Shown: one piece after another, positions 13,561 through 27,856 of the stretch
Numbering within the stretch: the first letter of the stretch is position 1
Layout of the letters: each line of letters opens with the position of its first letter
DNA from: Epiperipatus broadwayi
Lineage: Eukaryota; Animalia; Onychophora
Reading direction: 5' to 3'
Length of the DNA stretch: 64,000 nt
Assembly: GCA_028023455.1 (NCBI GenBank)
Contig: JAQFVV010000002.1
Span: 1,054,001 to 1,118,000 of the forward strand
Made by a program: the position numbers and the translations under genes
The notes under the pieces: generated by a model
Databases searched by the model: none
What the model was told of the DNA's origin: nothing
Seen by the model: only the letters and a program-made list of their open reading frames with translations

Positions 13561-14329
13561 ACTGAGAAATTATTTAATAAAATGATAAAGAAAAGACTGA
13601 ATTACCTGAATGTGGTAAATAAATAACACAATTATTTAAACATTTAGCTAGGGTTTCTAGTACAGGATAATGTTAATTGACCATTAAATCCAAAAAATAA
13701 TATGTACATTACAGATGCCAAGAAATGCTTGTTTAATATTTTAAAATAAAAATATTGAATACATCAACATAGTATGATGAGCATGCTTTTAACTAACTAG
13801 TAGTCATATTCATACTTCTAATTATCCAAGAAGATTGCAACATTTATAGAAGAATAACAAAAGTGGTAATTGCCATAGTATTTGATTATAAGATGTAAAT
13901 GAATTTATTTAAATAAACCACTTTTAGACAGGGGGACACCAGATGTTTTTTTGATTGCATGTATATAATTTTAGTTATTAGTATAATACTAGTTAATTGA
14001 AAATATGCTCAGCATGGTATGTGGATGTATTTAACATTTTTATTTTAAAGTATTAAACAATCTTTTCTTAGTATACATGTTGAATTATATTTTTTTTAAA
14101 AAGTTTAAAACTATTGGAATTAAATCCAAAAAAAAAATAATGACAATTTGAAAACAGCAGTTTTCTAAAATCATATGAACTAGCTTAGTACACAGATTTA
14201 TTAACTATAAATAACAAATATGTCCACATATACAATGTGCTAGTCCATTTATCCGATTTCTTAATATTTCTGTTTTCATGTAATTTCTTTAGTGGAGATT
14301 TTTTTCTGGAAATACTTCAACACCATATC

Positions 14330-14917
14330 TAATTGTAGATTTTTAATATATTAAATTCTCTGCTATATCTTTCCAATGGAAGGTATCAACATTACACTTC
14401 ATTAGAACACCTTTCAGATAATCATTATAATAAAGATGAATTCCATCTAGTTCCCTCATGAACCCGTGCTTAGTTTTATCCTAAGACACCCTTTTGGAGA
14501 GACTTGCATTGTTTGTTTGTTTTATATGTCTAATCAAATGAAGGTATGATTTTACAATAATGGACCTTGTAGTATCATATCCAGCAAGTTGAAGAACATA
14601 ATGATTAGTTTTATGATATTGTCATAGTATTTCTAAAATTTTAAGGAACAATCTTTAAAGAAACTTTGAAACCAGATCCATTAGAATTTCCCAGCACACA
14701 TATTTCTATAACAAAGCCAAACATAACAACAAATGAAAATCAATGTCACACTTTCACTCCAACCAATGTGAGAACAATTTGTTCCAAGAGAAATAACATA
14801 AAAAGAAAATATAAAGAGGCTTGGACAATCACAAAGGATCCACTTTCTATCAATAGAAATGATTCATGCATTCCATTGCTAAAAAATGGAACATTTAAAT
14901 GCTGCATGTTTTCCTGA
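14330..14917 (+). mobile_element. Penelope-like element relic (RT thumb / GIY-YIG C-terminus)
   Basis: ORF 14666-14917 contains HTFTPTNVRTICSKRNNIKRKYKEAWTITKDPLSINRND, matching the PLE GIY-YIG tail pattern H.F...NV.....N..KR..KEA..I....INR. An upstream ISKILRNNL..FET remnant is also present. Confidence 0.65.
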
Positions 14918-14939
14918 AAGTTTGTGATGATGGTATTTT

Positions 14940-15860
14940 AGTTGTATTTTTATATTGAACTATTTCCACCATCTAATATGAGTATTGAATGTCTTTAGAA
15001 AAAAATTTAACTTTATTTAAATATCTCAAATACATTCAACTGTTACTAATATCACATAGATTAGCATATACATAATATTTTGAGAAGTATTATTCTCCTC
15101 TCTCTTCAGGTGTTTCTGGCCTGATCAGTGACATTACTAGCATGGGATTCGAACCTGGACTCTTAGATTCTTGAGTATTGAATTTTAAGGTAATGCACTA
15201 ACTAACTGAGGCATTCCGCCAAAGGCAATGAGTCAGTAAAAATTTCATATATTTATCTCTGAGGTTCCTCCTGATTGCTCCACTTTTTGCTAAGAGCAAA
15301 GTTGATTGTGTTTTCATATATTCACACTAGGATGGATTATGGAATTGTTAGCCATTGTCATGTGAGCAGCTTTTTAAAATTTTCTTCTTTGTACCTTTTC
15401 TTCTCTATCCAATATTTTTGTATTTTTCAAGAGAAGAAAATTTAGAAAAGCTGTTCATGTGACAATGGCAAACAATCCCATAAGCCAACTAGTGTAACTA
15501 TACATATTATATGGAAATCACTAATCAACTTTGCTCTTATGAAAAAGTGAAGAACTCAGGAGGAACCTCATAGATAAGTATATGAAAATTTTACTGACTG
15601 TTGCTTTTGGCTAGAGCGTTATCTTAAAATTCAATACTCAAGATTTTAAGGATCCGGGTTTAATTTCCATGCTAGTACTATCACTGGTTAGGCCAGCAAC
15701 ACCTGAAGAAAAGGGGAGAATAATACCTCTCAAAACATATTTGATCTTCTATTACTAAAAGTTGAATGTATTTGAAATATTTAAATAAAGTTAAACTTTT
15801 CTAAAGACATTCATTACACAAATAGATGATGGAAATAATCCAATATAAAAATACAATTTA
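14940..15860. mobile_element. Fold-back element D (~450 bp inverted arms) with tRNA-like head and hammerhead-like core in the arms
   Basis: Arms ~14940-15391 and ~15428-15857 surround a ~36 nt loop. The left arm (minus strand) has A-box-like TGCCTCAGTTAGTTAG, B-box GGTTCGAATCCC (15144-15155) and CTGAAGA-GAGAGG...CTTCTC-AAAA. The right arm has CTGAAGA at 15703-15709. Confidence 0.85.
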
Positions 15861-16589
15861 AATGCTGCATTTACATATTAAGCCTCATTCACATATCCAC
15901 CTACATCCATATATATATATAGGCATAGTTTTAATTGCTAAACATTAAACAGTACTATGATTCTTGCAGAAATCTGTCTAAAGCACGCCTAGTACATTAT
16001 AAAACTGTTGAACTTTAAGAATTATCTTTTCATAATACATGATTATAAAGAATTTTTATGAATTATAGTATGTGATGAAAAGAGAAGGAAACATTTAGAA
16101 ATACTATTTTTCATAATAGATTGTCGAATTCTTACTTTTATAAAATAAATTAGTTAATGCAGACCTTAGTTGCAGTAGTTATTTCTCTGTGATAATATAT
16201 GTGTCTTTTAATTTATTGAAAGCAGCAGCATATTGGGGCATGTGATGTATCTTAACATCCAAGTCCATTTCTCCTTATAAAACTGATAAAGTATTTAAAC
16301 GGAGCTAACTTCTCAAGCCATAATCATCCAAGTTAAATTTTGCTGAAGATTTTTATGCGTTACTGGCTGATAAAGAAATTGAGCATTTTAATAATGAGTT
16401 ATAAATCAAAGTGTTTATAAGTTGCATTTAAAACATTAAGTAAATTCTTGTAAAATATCTTTTAAACTGGTAAAAATAGTACAACCATCAGCATGCTATA
16501 AACATATAATCCAAGAAGATGAAGCTCTGATTTTTGTTTTTAATCAAATTAAATTAAAAATTTCACTACAAGATATTACATTCAAATAT

Positions 16590-16665
16590 CAGCCTTTCAA
16601 GCTAATTGAGCACGCGCCTTATGAGAGTGTTAAATAAATGAATACTTTCCTCTTCAAGATATTGT
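16590..16665 (+). repeat. Diverged single-arm relic of fold-back family A
   Basis: CAGCCTTTCAAGCTAATTGAGCAC...GAGTGTTAAATAAATGAATACTTTC aligns with 8205-8265. Confidence 0.65.
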
Positions 16666-17782
16666 AATATATTTATTTTATCTCTGTTACACTAAGCTAT
16701 TTATAAACAATTCCCTAAACTTCTATCATAAAACTGAAAACAATGTTGATGTTAGTACAGATTCTAATTTAGCATCAGTTTTCATTTCGAATGTTTTCAT
16801 ATTTTTCACCTATTGTAATAACACTTTCACTCATTCCATCATATATGAATAAATAATGCTTGTCTAAGATAATAAAAAATGGTGTGCATATATAACTAAC
16901 GAAATAGGCATGAATATATAAGTAAATGTAGACAAGTGTAAAATTATATTAGCTAAAATATTAAAACAACTCCAGTTAAATTAATTTAAAATTAAACTAT
17001 CAAGGCAAAAAAATCTTATACTAATTTGAACTATTGTGAAAGCTTATACAATCATACATACATCCACATTAATGCTAATTAGAGAATAATACAGAAATAC
17101 AATATATCCAACACTATCAGAAACAAACATTTTCATTAAACTTACAATAAAAAAGGTAAGATTCACTTCTGTTTGGCCAACAAAATATGTAAGCAATTGC
17201 AAACAAGTTAGGAAATATAATTTAAACCAGTTATTGTTTAAATTTGTCTACATTTAAATTATAAAGACAAGAGAAAGCTTATTTTAACCACATTATGAAT
17301 GGAGAGAGGCAAATCTCACTTTTTTTATTGTATTATTAAACACTGATACCAGAAATCATAAAGCTGATTGGTTTAAATGATACCAGATAGTATGAAGCAG
17401 ATTGGTTTAAGTAATGTTATATGTATATAGGTCTCCAGTTAGTATTATGTGTTATCCTGGTATATTTAAATGATAGTTCAAATGAATAGTTGTTTGTACT
17501 ACATTGATAGTTTAAATTTATACTGATTTAAGGGAATTAATTATAAAATTTCAAATACAGTCTATTGTTATTAATAACACACAGATGAACATATAAGATA
17601 ATATTTTGAGTAATATTATTTTTTCTTCTTCAAATATTAGTTTGATTAGTGATTGTACTAGAAAATTAAAGAGAATTGCATATAATTTTCTTTGACTGTT
17701 CTCATTTCTTATCTTAGTTTCAAACATTATTGATAATTATACTATACTGATTTATAGAATAACTGCCATTGTCATATAGGTT

Positions 17783-18700
17783 ATCATCATCATCATCATT
17801 TTCAAACATTATCAATTCATTGCAAATTGAAAGTCAATTTTAGTTTAATTGAGTTACTATGATCTCTATCCTCTCTTCTCCATGTCATTCCAGCATCACT
17901 TCCTCATTTCCTTCATCTATCCTAAATGTGGTCTCTTTTCAGATCTTTTACAAACTGTTGAAATCTGATTTAATATTTCAATTGTCTACCTACTATCATA
18001 TTTTCTCATAATATGTCCATCCCAGTTGCACTTCAGTCCCTTAATTCTTTCATTGATATCAGTAACATCAGTTTATGCTCTCATTCATGTATTTCATTTT
18101 AAAGTCTTTTTGATAGTCCTGACATACATCTCATTATACTTACATTAAGTGTCTGAAGTCTCTCTACAGAATCTGGATGATTTAAATAATGTTGATATAT
18201 TTTTATTTTCTTAGCTCCCCATTTTAATTTTTCTAAAACTGCTGTAAAGAGTTTCAAGCTATTGAATTATTTTACTATAAATCATTTTCAATGTTAATCT
18301 TTTTAGTGTTACCATGTAATGTAAATACCAGTGCTGTGTTTTTATGAGTACTATTTATATTATGATAATACCATGGATTTTTTTTATCTTAATGATGCAA
18401 TGCTTTATTCATTATGGAAATTTTTATGACAAGGTATTTTCTAAAATATTTTAATATTTGGATGTAACAGTTTTCCAAAAAAAAAAAAAATTAAACCAGC
18501 TTGGTCTTTTGGTTGATTTGTTTGCTGTATATTATTTACAATTATCTTGGGGAAAGATCTTGTAAAAGACTGATACATTTGTAGTTTCTTAAATCTTATA
18601 CCTTTCATAAATAACAATATCACTACTGTATTTCTTCAATGTTCTAGTATATATTTATCATTTTGTTACTTGGTATATAGTTTTTTTAACATTAATCATT
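17783..18700 (-). mobile_element. Decayed 5'-truncated RTE LINE
   Basis: (CAT)n tail at ~17783-17800. WxWDGHI-like segment near 18015-18040. KLFTA remnant near 18240-18260. Confidence 0.65.
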
Positions 18701-18799
18701 TGGTATTTCAAGGTTGATAAAACCAGAGCCCTGTCTTAATCCTCTGAATAATTAATTAGTAATTTCTGATTGTTTGTTCTGTAAATAAATTAAAATAGT

Positions 18800-20610
18800 A
18801 GAAAGATTTTACTTTCTGATTTAGAACAATGTCAATGAACAAAGTTAATGTAACAGTATCATTTGATTACTACTTTGAATCATATATATTACAAAGATGC
18901 ATAGTTAAGAAAGCATAATAAAAAATTCTAATGGAATGATTAGCGAATTTTTATATTGCTGTATTTATACACATGTGTATTTAATATATATATCTGTAAT
19001 TTCATTATACCAGTGTAAGAAATTTAAAAAAAAGGTCTATGGAGTTAATCATGCTATAAATAATGGATCAAAAATATATTATATATAATTATAATTAATA
19101 AAGTGATAACCAATATAATGTAAGGGATGAAAGAAAATTAGTTAATCTGTTTAAGCTTTATTGCACACTTTATAAATTGCATTAGTTAAGAAAATGTATC
19201 ACTTTAAGTGACTGTTCAGATATGCCTTCTGAAATAGATTTAAAGAAATAATTTTCCATTTTCTTCCAATAACTTGAATGGCAAATGTGAATACATTATT
19301 AAAAATTATAAAGTAAAATTGAGAAAAAGAAAAAAATTCACTTCATCAATATTTTCTATTTATTTCTCTTTTTCACCAGTTTAAATAAAATTACTTCTAT
19401 AATCATTTATAAAATAATTGTATGAATGTAAAAATAATTATAAAAAAACATATTGTGTAAGAAATATATTAAATCTGGTCTTTAAGTCTGGATAAAGATG
19501 TCATGTAAAAACATTATGATAAATTAATAGTCTTCATTATATATTAATTGTTATACAACTTGCTATGTGAACAAAAGATATAGATAGATCTGAAAAAGAA
19601 CAGTAGATCATAATTAAATCATGACACCAAAAATGAAAAGAAAGCTGTCCTTATTGGTTCTAAAAAGACAGAAGAGAAGGCTGATAAAGAAATAAGTTGT
19701 TAAAAGGGAAAATTGCTAATTTAAATATTCTGCCTTAAAATAGCATCAGATAATTTTATATTGCTAACTAGTTAAAAGTATTTTTGAACATTATAACCAA
19801 AACAGCCATAATGATGATATTAGCTAGCACAAAACAATTTAACATGCATGACTAACACAACTAAATAGACATAGTCAAAAAACCTGGAACTATGCAATCA
19901 TATAGTTGCACCCTGAGACAAGTGTTGAAGTTGCATAAAATGCAGTGTGACTTCATTTAAAGAAGAAAGTTATGCCATAAAGAAAATAAATGAATTCTGC
20001 CATAAGACTTAACATATGTTTTTCTCTAATGAGGGTCATCATCATTATTTATCATCATTAATACCTCAAGAGGACAATTACAATCAGGATTGGATTGATA
20101 AAGACAATTTTTAAAGATGTGCACATGTATAGTAAGCTTATACTTTCTACAAAAACTATGGTTCAAAATATTTTTATTACTTGATACACCTTTTTTTTAA
20201 TATGTAACTATAAATTCTTAAATTTACAATTTATGTTTATTTGTTTCAATATTTTATATTTCTTTATTATTTTATGTACTTCCTTTATTTTGTGGTAGTT
20301 GCAAATGTATGAGCAATGATTTTGTAATTTATTTATTATAAATCAGTTGTTATTTTTTATTAATATGTATAGGTTGTTTTTCTGTTAATCTCATTCCAAA
20401 CATAACTTTTTGATATTCCACTAAACTTGAGAAATCATGCAATCCATTCAGGCACATCCAGGAATAATAACATTATATAAAATGATGATGATAAATGCTA
20501 GAAAAATATCCAGAATCAATCTTTCTATTTAAGAAAAATTGATGCTAAATATTAATTTTAAATTGAATCTAAACAAAGAAATTAAAGAACTTTTGGAATC
20601 ATTATCCCTA
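18800..20610 (+). repeat. Copy A of an old local duplication (paralog at ~22990-29180)
   Basis: Collinear shared blocks, e.g. AATAAATGAATTCTG(C/T)CATAAGA, TCATTCCAAACATAA and TTGAATCTAAAC-AAAGAAATTAAA. Confidence 0.75.
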
Positions 20611-21299
20611 CCCTGAGTGACAGTTATAAATATATTTCTTTTGAGTTTAACCATTTGCATTAGTGATTCTATATTATTTACATTTGGCTCTTATTTATAT
20701 GACTTTATATTGACTCATTTGGCATGGCAACATGTAGCCTGTAAAGCCCTCACTTTTTTCTACTCAACTACAGGATCCATAAACTCACATATTATAGCAA
20801 GTAATAAAACATTAATAAATTGAACATATTCTGAAAGATAATGTTATACATGGCATGCAATGTGTGTGTCTAGGTTGACTTTAAAGTGTCTGCTATGAGA
20901 AATAAGATTAGAATTTGTAAAATATATATATCAACATTTAAATACAGCAGCAATTTGAGTCTAGGTAGGCAGGGGAAGTTTGATAAGTGGCATGATAATA
21001 AGATATTAAACAATAAATGTATATATATTATAATATATTGAAGATGAATTGCATAAGAAAAGTTGAGACTGTTTAAGAAGGTGATGAATCTGAAAAATTG
21101 AATACATAAAATAGTATTCAGCTCAATCAACAAGAATATAGCATGTTCAATAGCATGGAGGATAAAAGCACAGTTAAACATAAGAAATAAGCAATACATG
21201 AACCAGTACACCAATGAAGCCAGAGCTGAAAGACTAAGAATCAATTTTGCCTTTGAAAGGAAACCAAGCACTTTTATTAAGGAAATGTTGTATGCAGTT

Positions 21300-22450
21300 A
21301 TTAGAGAAATGCAATAAAAATATGAAGAAGTGTTAAGAATGGAATTTAAAGAATAAAAAATTAGAAGAAAAGCAACAAATAGAGAGAGAATTTAAAGAAT
21401 GGTGTAAAAAAGTAGACAAAGAATTTAAAGGATAATAAAAATGGAAAATTTTTTGAAGCTGTGGAAAAAAATGCTGATGATATTAATCATTTTTAAGTTA
21501 TGAGAACTTAAACACAAACTTTTAGATGAGCCTAGAAAAATTACTAATTGCATGTCAGAGATTAAAAATATTGGATAGGATAAAGCAAGTACAATGAAAA
21601 CATCACATTCTGAAGAAAGTATTTTGATAGCAGAGACAAGGGAGTCCTTGAACTTAGTTAAGAAATTAAAAATAGACGATTTGAAATAAATAAATATTTA
21701 TAATAATGCTATAGAAGATAATATAGTATTGATAATAAAACAAAGAACTTTCAGATGAATAATGGAGTTCATTATTTAAGAAAACTTAAGTTGTTTGCCC
21801 ATAAAGCTAGAAAGTGAATTTTTTAGAGTGAATGTTAAAGAGAGTTATAAAGAAGAAAAACATTTACAGATAATTAAAGTTATAAATAATTTGTATTGTA
21901 AATCCTACAAAAGAAAGCATAAATAATATAATAACATAAAAAATAATAAAATGATCTGATAGTAATTTGTATTTAAATCAGCTGATTATCCTGAAGGATC
22001 TTAAAATTCTCTTACCAATGCTATTATTAAAAAATAAGAGGGAAGATAAAAAAAAGAGAAAATGGAAGAGACATTCTCATACTCTAAATAAGAATACTAG
22101 TCACACTAAATAAATACCTGGAGAGAGATAAAGTCTGATTTTATGTGTATAAAAATGACAATATCTCTGATGATCTGAAGCTGCTTAAAGTATAAATGAT
22201 ATATGAAAAAAAATTATCAAACTTTTAAATAAAATGATAAAATTCAAAATCAACGACATAATGAAAGTGTCTTTTAAAATATCAAATTTAGACAATTTTT
22301 TTACAAAATGAGAAATTAGCAACTTGATAAAAAAAAAAGTGACTTATATAATTGATAAATAAATAGTGTAAATAAATACAAAACACATGTCAAAGTAAAA
22401 GAAAAAGGTAATTATGTTAATTGCTGCAGAGATAGGAAGAAATTTTATTG
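21300..22450 (+). mobile_element. Possible very decayed LINE fragment
   Basis: Purine-rich coding-like composition with a PGRDKV remnant (KAPGxDG-like) near 22113. Weak support. Confidence 0.3.
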
Positions 22451-23142
22451 TGAAAGTTATTTAGATGTGTCATCATCTTTTAGTGATGAATGAGGATTTT
22501 ATTATGCACATGAGCCACTATGATGTCATGTGACTTTTTGGAGTGTTTGAAACAAATGCTACAGCAATAATTTTTTCAAGTAATCTACTCACTCATCTAT
22601 AATGCTCAGAAGAAGTTAGGGATTATCCTAAATATTAAATTTATTAACCTCTAGGATTCACAGAGGAGTAAGATTTTATATGCTAATATTGTATTTAACT
22701 ATTTGTGTATTTTGGATAACTGCACAGTATTAAAACTGTTTATTGTGCTCTATTATATATTTTAATGTTCTATGATTAATTTTTTTTTATGAAGCCTACA
22801 GTTCAGGGATTCTATTCATTCTTTTGATAGTTGAAATCCAATCAAATCTCTTAATGGTGAAATCATAAGACATTTATATTCTATATATTTATGTAATGTC
22901 ACATTACTATTTATGAAAATTATTTTAAAAAATATAATAATAATTAAAGAACAAACTAAAGTTAAAATTTGGATTAGACCTACAAATGAGAAATGAAAAG
23001 GTTTCCTGTTCCATTTTTAAAGTGATGAGAAATGTAATAGTACCAGGTTGATAGTAGCTTGAATTATTTGTATTTTAAAGCTGCATGATTAAGAAAGCTT
23101 AAAAGATTCTAATAGATTGATTAGTAAATTTTTATATTGTCA

Positions 23143-23174
<32 letters not shown>

Positions 23175-23211
23175 CATGACATATATATACCTTGTTATAT
23201 ATATATATATA

Positions 23212-23859
23212 TAATTAGATACCATACCAGTAACCACCTAAACATTTACAGTAAAGATAATAATCAATATTTGTCACTGCTGTCAAGGCAACCTTCTCAT
23301 CTTTTAATAGCAAGAATGGAAATCATTCTTACTAATGGTCCATTGAATATATGTGGACACTTAAAGATTGCAACTTGACTACAGAGTATGAAATATTGAT
23401 ACAACGAAGTTTAAATAAACCTCTTAAACATGAAATAAACATGTCACTGTAATGCAGACTAATAAATAGTCAATTATAACAGTACAAACTGCAATACTTT
23501 TAAATTGCTCATGTATTATTTAGAAATAATAAGTGAAATAGTGCTTAAAGCTAATGGGATAATGTGTAATTAGATAACAACCAGTAACCACCTAAACATT
23601 CACAGTAAAGATAATAATCAATGTTTCTCACTGCTGTCAAGGCAACCTTCTCATCTTTTAATAGCAAGAATGGAAATCATTCTTACAATGGTCCATTGAA
23701 TATATATGGACACTTAAAGATTGCAACTTGACTACAGAGTATGAAATATTGCTACAATGAAGTTTAAATAAACCTCTTAAACATGAAGTAAACATGTCAC
23801 TGTAATGCAGACTAATAAATAGTCAATTATAACATTACAAACTGCAATACTTTTAAATT
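23212..23859 (+). repeat. Recent tandem duplication of ~295 bp (period 354 bp)
   Basis: 23212-23506 and 23568-23859 are nearly identical and begin just after a (TA)n tract. Confidence 0.92.
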
Positions 23860-25079
23860 AACTTAATTGTATCTGTGTAAGAAATTACAAGAAAGTCAAT
23901 CTATATAGTTAATCATGATATCAATGTATGATCAAGAAATATATTATGTAAAATTATAATTAGTAAAGTAATAATATAATATATGGAAAGAAAGAAAAAT
24001 AGTTATTTAATTTTTATTGCAAGCCAATAAATTGTTTGTTAAGAAAGTGTACCACATTTTGTGACAGTCCATATTTGACTTATGGAATAGGTTTAAAGAA
24101 AGAATTAATAGAGTTAACTATATTATCAAATGTTTGATCAAAATATATTATGTAAAATTATAACTAGTAAAATGATAATCAATATAATGTAAGGAAAGAA
24201 AAAAAATAGTTAAGTTGTTAAGTTTTAATGTATGTCAATAAATTGTTTGATTAAAAAATGTATTTTTGTGAATATCCAGATTTGTTTTTGGAATAAGTTT
24301 AAATAAAGAATTTGACTTTTTGTTGTAGTAAATTAAACAGCAAATTTGAATACATTATTAAAAATTATAAAACAGTACAACTGAGAAAATTGCAGAATAA
24401 ATTTCAAAGGAATTTCAGAGTTCATTCATGACTTTATTCTATTTCATTTCTTTTAGCTTAAATAAAAAATTTTTAAAAACATGCATAAAACAATTGCATG
24501 AATGTAAAAGTATTTATGAAAAAACAATGTGCAAAAATATATTCAATATGATGTTTATGTCTGGATAAAAATGTTGATTTAAAAAATATAATGATAAATT
24601 AAAATGAACTTAATTATATATTAGGTATTATAAACATGTCTTGTAGACAAAAGACACAAATACCTCTTAAAAAGATATATTATTATTGAATCTTGAATAT
24701 GGAATGCAGAAAAAGGTTGTGCAGATTAATTCTGCCAAGACAGAAGAAACTAATAGAAAAATAACTGTTAAAGTGGAAAATTGTTAGTTCAAATATTCAC
24801 CATTGGAATAGCATCAGATAGCTTTATATTGTTGACTGTTTAAAAGTATTTTTGACTATTACATCCAACACATCTATAATAATGATATTATCTAATAGAT
24901 AAATATTTACCATGAGTAACTAATACCACCAAAGACACATCAGCCAACTGGAACTATGCAGTTGTATCTATCTACAAACATAGTATTTGCATAGAATTCA
25001 ATGTGGCCTGCTTTAAAGAAAGTAAACTATGTTGTAAAGAAATAAATGAATTCTGTCATAAGATCTAATATATATATAT

Positions 25080-27275
25080 TGTAATGATCCGGAGAATGTG
25101 ACTTCATGTAAACTGCACTACAGGGCGCCATCTAGGCATTTGAACCTAGAAAAAAATTTATAAAGTAGGCAGATACGTAAGTCAAAAAAAAAATAAATTT
25201 TTTTTTTTTATATTTTGCATCCGATCGTTAGCCCATGTCACTAGCTCAGTGGAATAGCAGAGATTAAATAATATAATATCTTATCTAATTATATTTCAAT
25301 ATTAAAAAAATAAATAAAATAAGCCACTGCCAGTAATTAGCATACAAACATTTATTTATGCACATATATATAAGATTTAAAATTATTTTAGTATTAGTTT
25401 TACATTTTAACATTTAACATTATTTTAACTTTGATTTTTGACTTTAATTTACATTTAATTACTATTATATTCTAATTTTACATTTTAATTAAGTTCGCAC
25501 AGATAAATTTATGAAAGCTTGTTTATAATGTTGAATATAGATCGGTTACATAGATTTCACGGTCAAAAACATTTCAAAGTAAACATAAACGATCAAAATA
25601 CAAAATTATTGATTACTGACAATTGCGGAGGGAAATTTATATGTAACCCAATAGTATTCACCATAAGATACTTGCATTGTCACCAATAACTTAAAAGACA
25701 TCCGAATAAATACATTTTTGATACTCACCGTAAGGTATCATTATTTATCGAATGTCTATATATTTTGATCAAATATGGAAACGCAAAACATAGTTAACCA
25801 ATAAACAATCCATGCAAGCGTCTATAAACAACTTAAATTTAATGCATTTTTATTTAGGGTCGAGTATGAATAGACCACATAAATTTGCTTTTGAAAATAA
25901 ACATTCTATCCCTATTTAACCTTAGGCTAAAATTCGTAGTCAAACTGGCATCAATTCATCTGATATATCGATGTATTCAATGTAATAAAATACGGCAGCA
26001 CAAAAAGTTAAGAGAAGAAATTGCCTCTTATGAGATAGGAATATTACATCTATCTGCAAAGAAGAGCAATAAAACAAAAAACTCCATAGAAAGGAACTGC
26101 GGTATCCGACTTATAATTCCTTCCATAGGCAAACGGAAGTGTGCGGCGTATGAAGCGATTCTGCCCATAGTGAATCAATATTACATCTACTAATCACACC
26201 AATATATCCAATCCATTGACCCAATTTAACCACGAAACAAATAACCGAAGATTACCCTCCCCTAATATAACTTTACAAATCTATACAGCCATTCACGCCC
26301 GACTTAAGTTTAACATTGATATATTTTAATTTATCGGAAAACAGAAATCATAAATAAACTTAAAGAACAAAATTAAATAAATGGAAATGATATTACACAA
26401 ATAAAAAAAAAAATACATCAAATAACATTTTAACTACTTTAGTCAGATAGGAAACTAATGCAATTATTTTAAATACGAAAAGTTTTTAATTTAATGTTCA
26501 TTAATTGTAAAGTTCTTACGGTTCTTTAAAACATCCAACTTTATCCGTTGCTTGCCATGAACGTAAATTCCCACGCCGTCCTAAAGAGGTTAATATTCTG
26601 AAGGCCGATTTATTTATCCATCCGGAGATTTTTGTTTTAACTGGTCCTCAATGTAGAAAAACGATAGTTCATTTCTCTTTCTTTACTAGCAAAACTGAAG
26701 GGATTGAACGTGCGTCCTTCAATCTCTTCTCCCGCACCTCCGCACTAACATCTATCTGTCACATCGTAATAATCATTATCCAGTCACTAACTAATAATTT
26801 CCAAACTTGTCCTTTTATATTACTTTGAAAGATTGACTTAACATTACGTCATCGATGTGATGATCCTTTTCGTTGAGGTCCGATTTCCCAATGGATTTAT
26901 TTCATTTGCTAAAAGTTTCTATTGTTTCCCTATCTGACCGATGTTTTTACATTTAAATGCCCAAGGCTGGTTTACATTTAACTAATTAACAATCATTTCC
27001 ACTTCTGATTAATTAACCTGTTTTCCAAATCAAAGACATATTTTTATCTCTAAATCTTTTTAAGTTTTTGTTTTTAAAATACCTTTTCTATTTTTAATAC
27101 AGTTTTATTTTAATAATTTTTTTTTATCTGTGCGATTTAATATATACGAGTTTAAGATGATATTTAATTTCAATTTTTAATTCTTAAAGAAATTTTTTAA
27201 ATGCGAACTTTTTAATTTACTTTCATGTTTAATAAATAAAAAAAAACAATGTAACGAACGTCTGTGCTCGTTACA
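25080..27275. mobile_element. 2.2 kb TG...CA element inserted in (TA)n (Ginger-like non-autonomous element or solo LTR)
   Basis: Ends are TGTAATGA and TCGTTACA, flanked by ATAT on both sides. CpG-rich relative to its flanks and absent from the paralogous site near 20010. Internal inverted motif TCGCACAGATAAA at ~25495 and ~27123. Confidence 0.75.
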
Positions 27276-27856
27276 ATATATATATATATGAACAGTGGAA
27301 TTTATTTACATTATCTACTATCACCAATAACTAAAGTTGATAATCACAATTACTAATGGATTGATAACGATTATTGTTAATGATTTGTGTTTATGTAGTA
27401 AACTTACACACTCTGTAAAAGCCATGGTTTAAACTAAAGTATTTTAATTATTTAGCAAGTCCTTTCTTTATATTTAATTATAAGATCTTAAATATATTGT
27501 TTTTTCAATTCAATATTTTAATTTTTTTATTATTATTTATTTACTTTATTTATAATGTGGTAGTTGCAAATACATAAGCAATAATTTCATTTCACATTTT
27601 ATATATTATTGTAAATAAATCAAGTTATGTTTATTAACCAATTTAGTTTGTTTTTGTTGCTAGATATCATTCCAAACATAAGCATTCATATATACTAACC
27701 CTCGGAAATCCTACTATCTACTGAGGTAATAGACAAGCATAACAAATTTACATAAAATGATGATGGTTGACAGTGAAATAAGCAGAAGTAATCTTTCAAT
27801 TTTTTTAAAGATTGAGAGATTGGTGCCTAAAGAGAAATATCAAGTTGAATCTAAAC

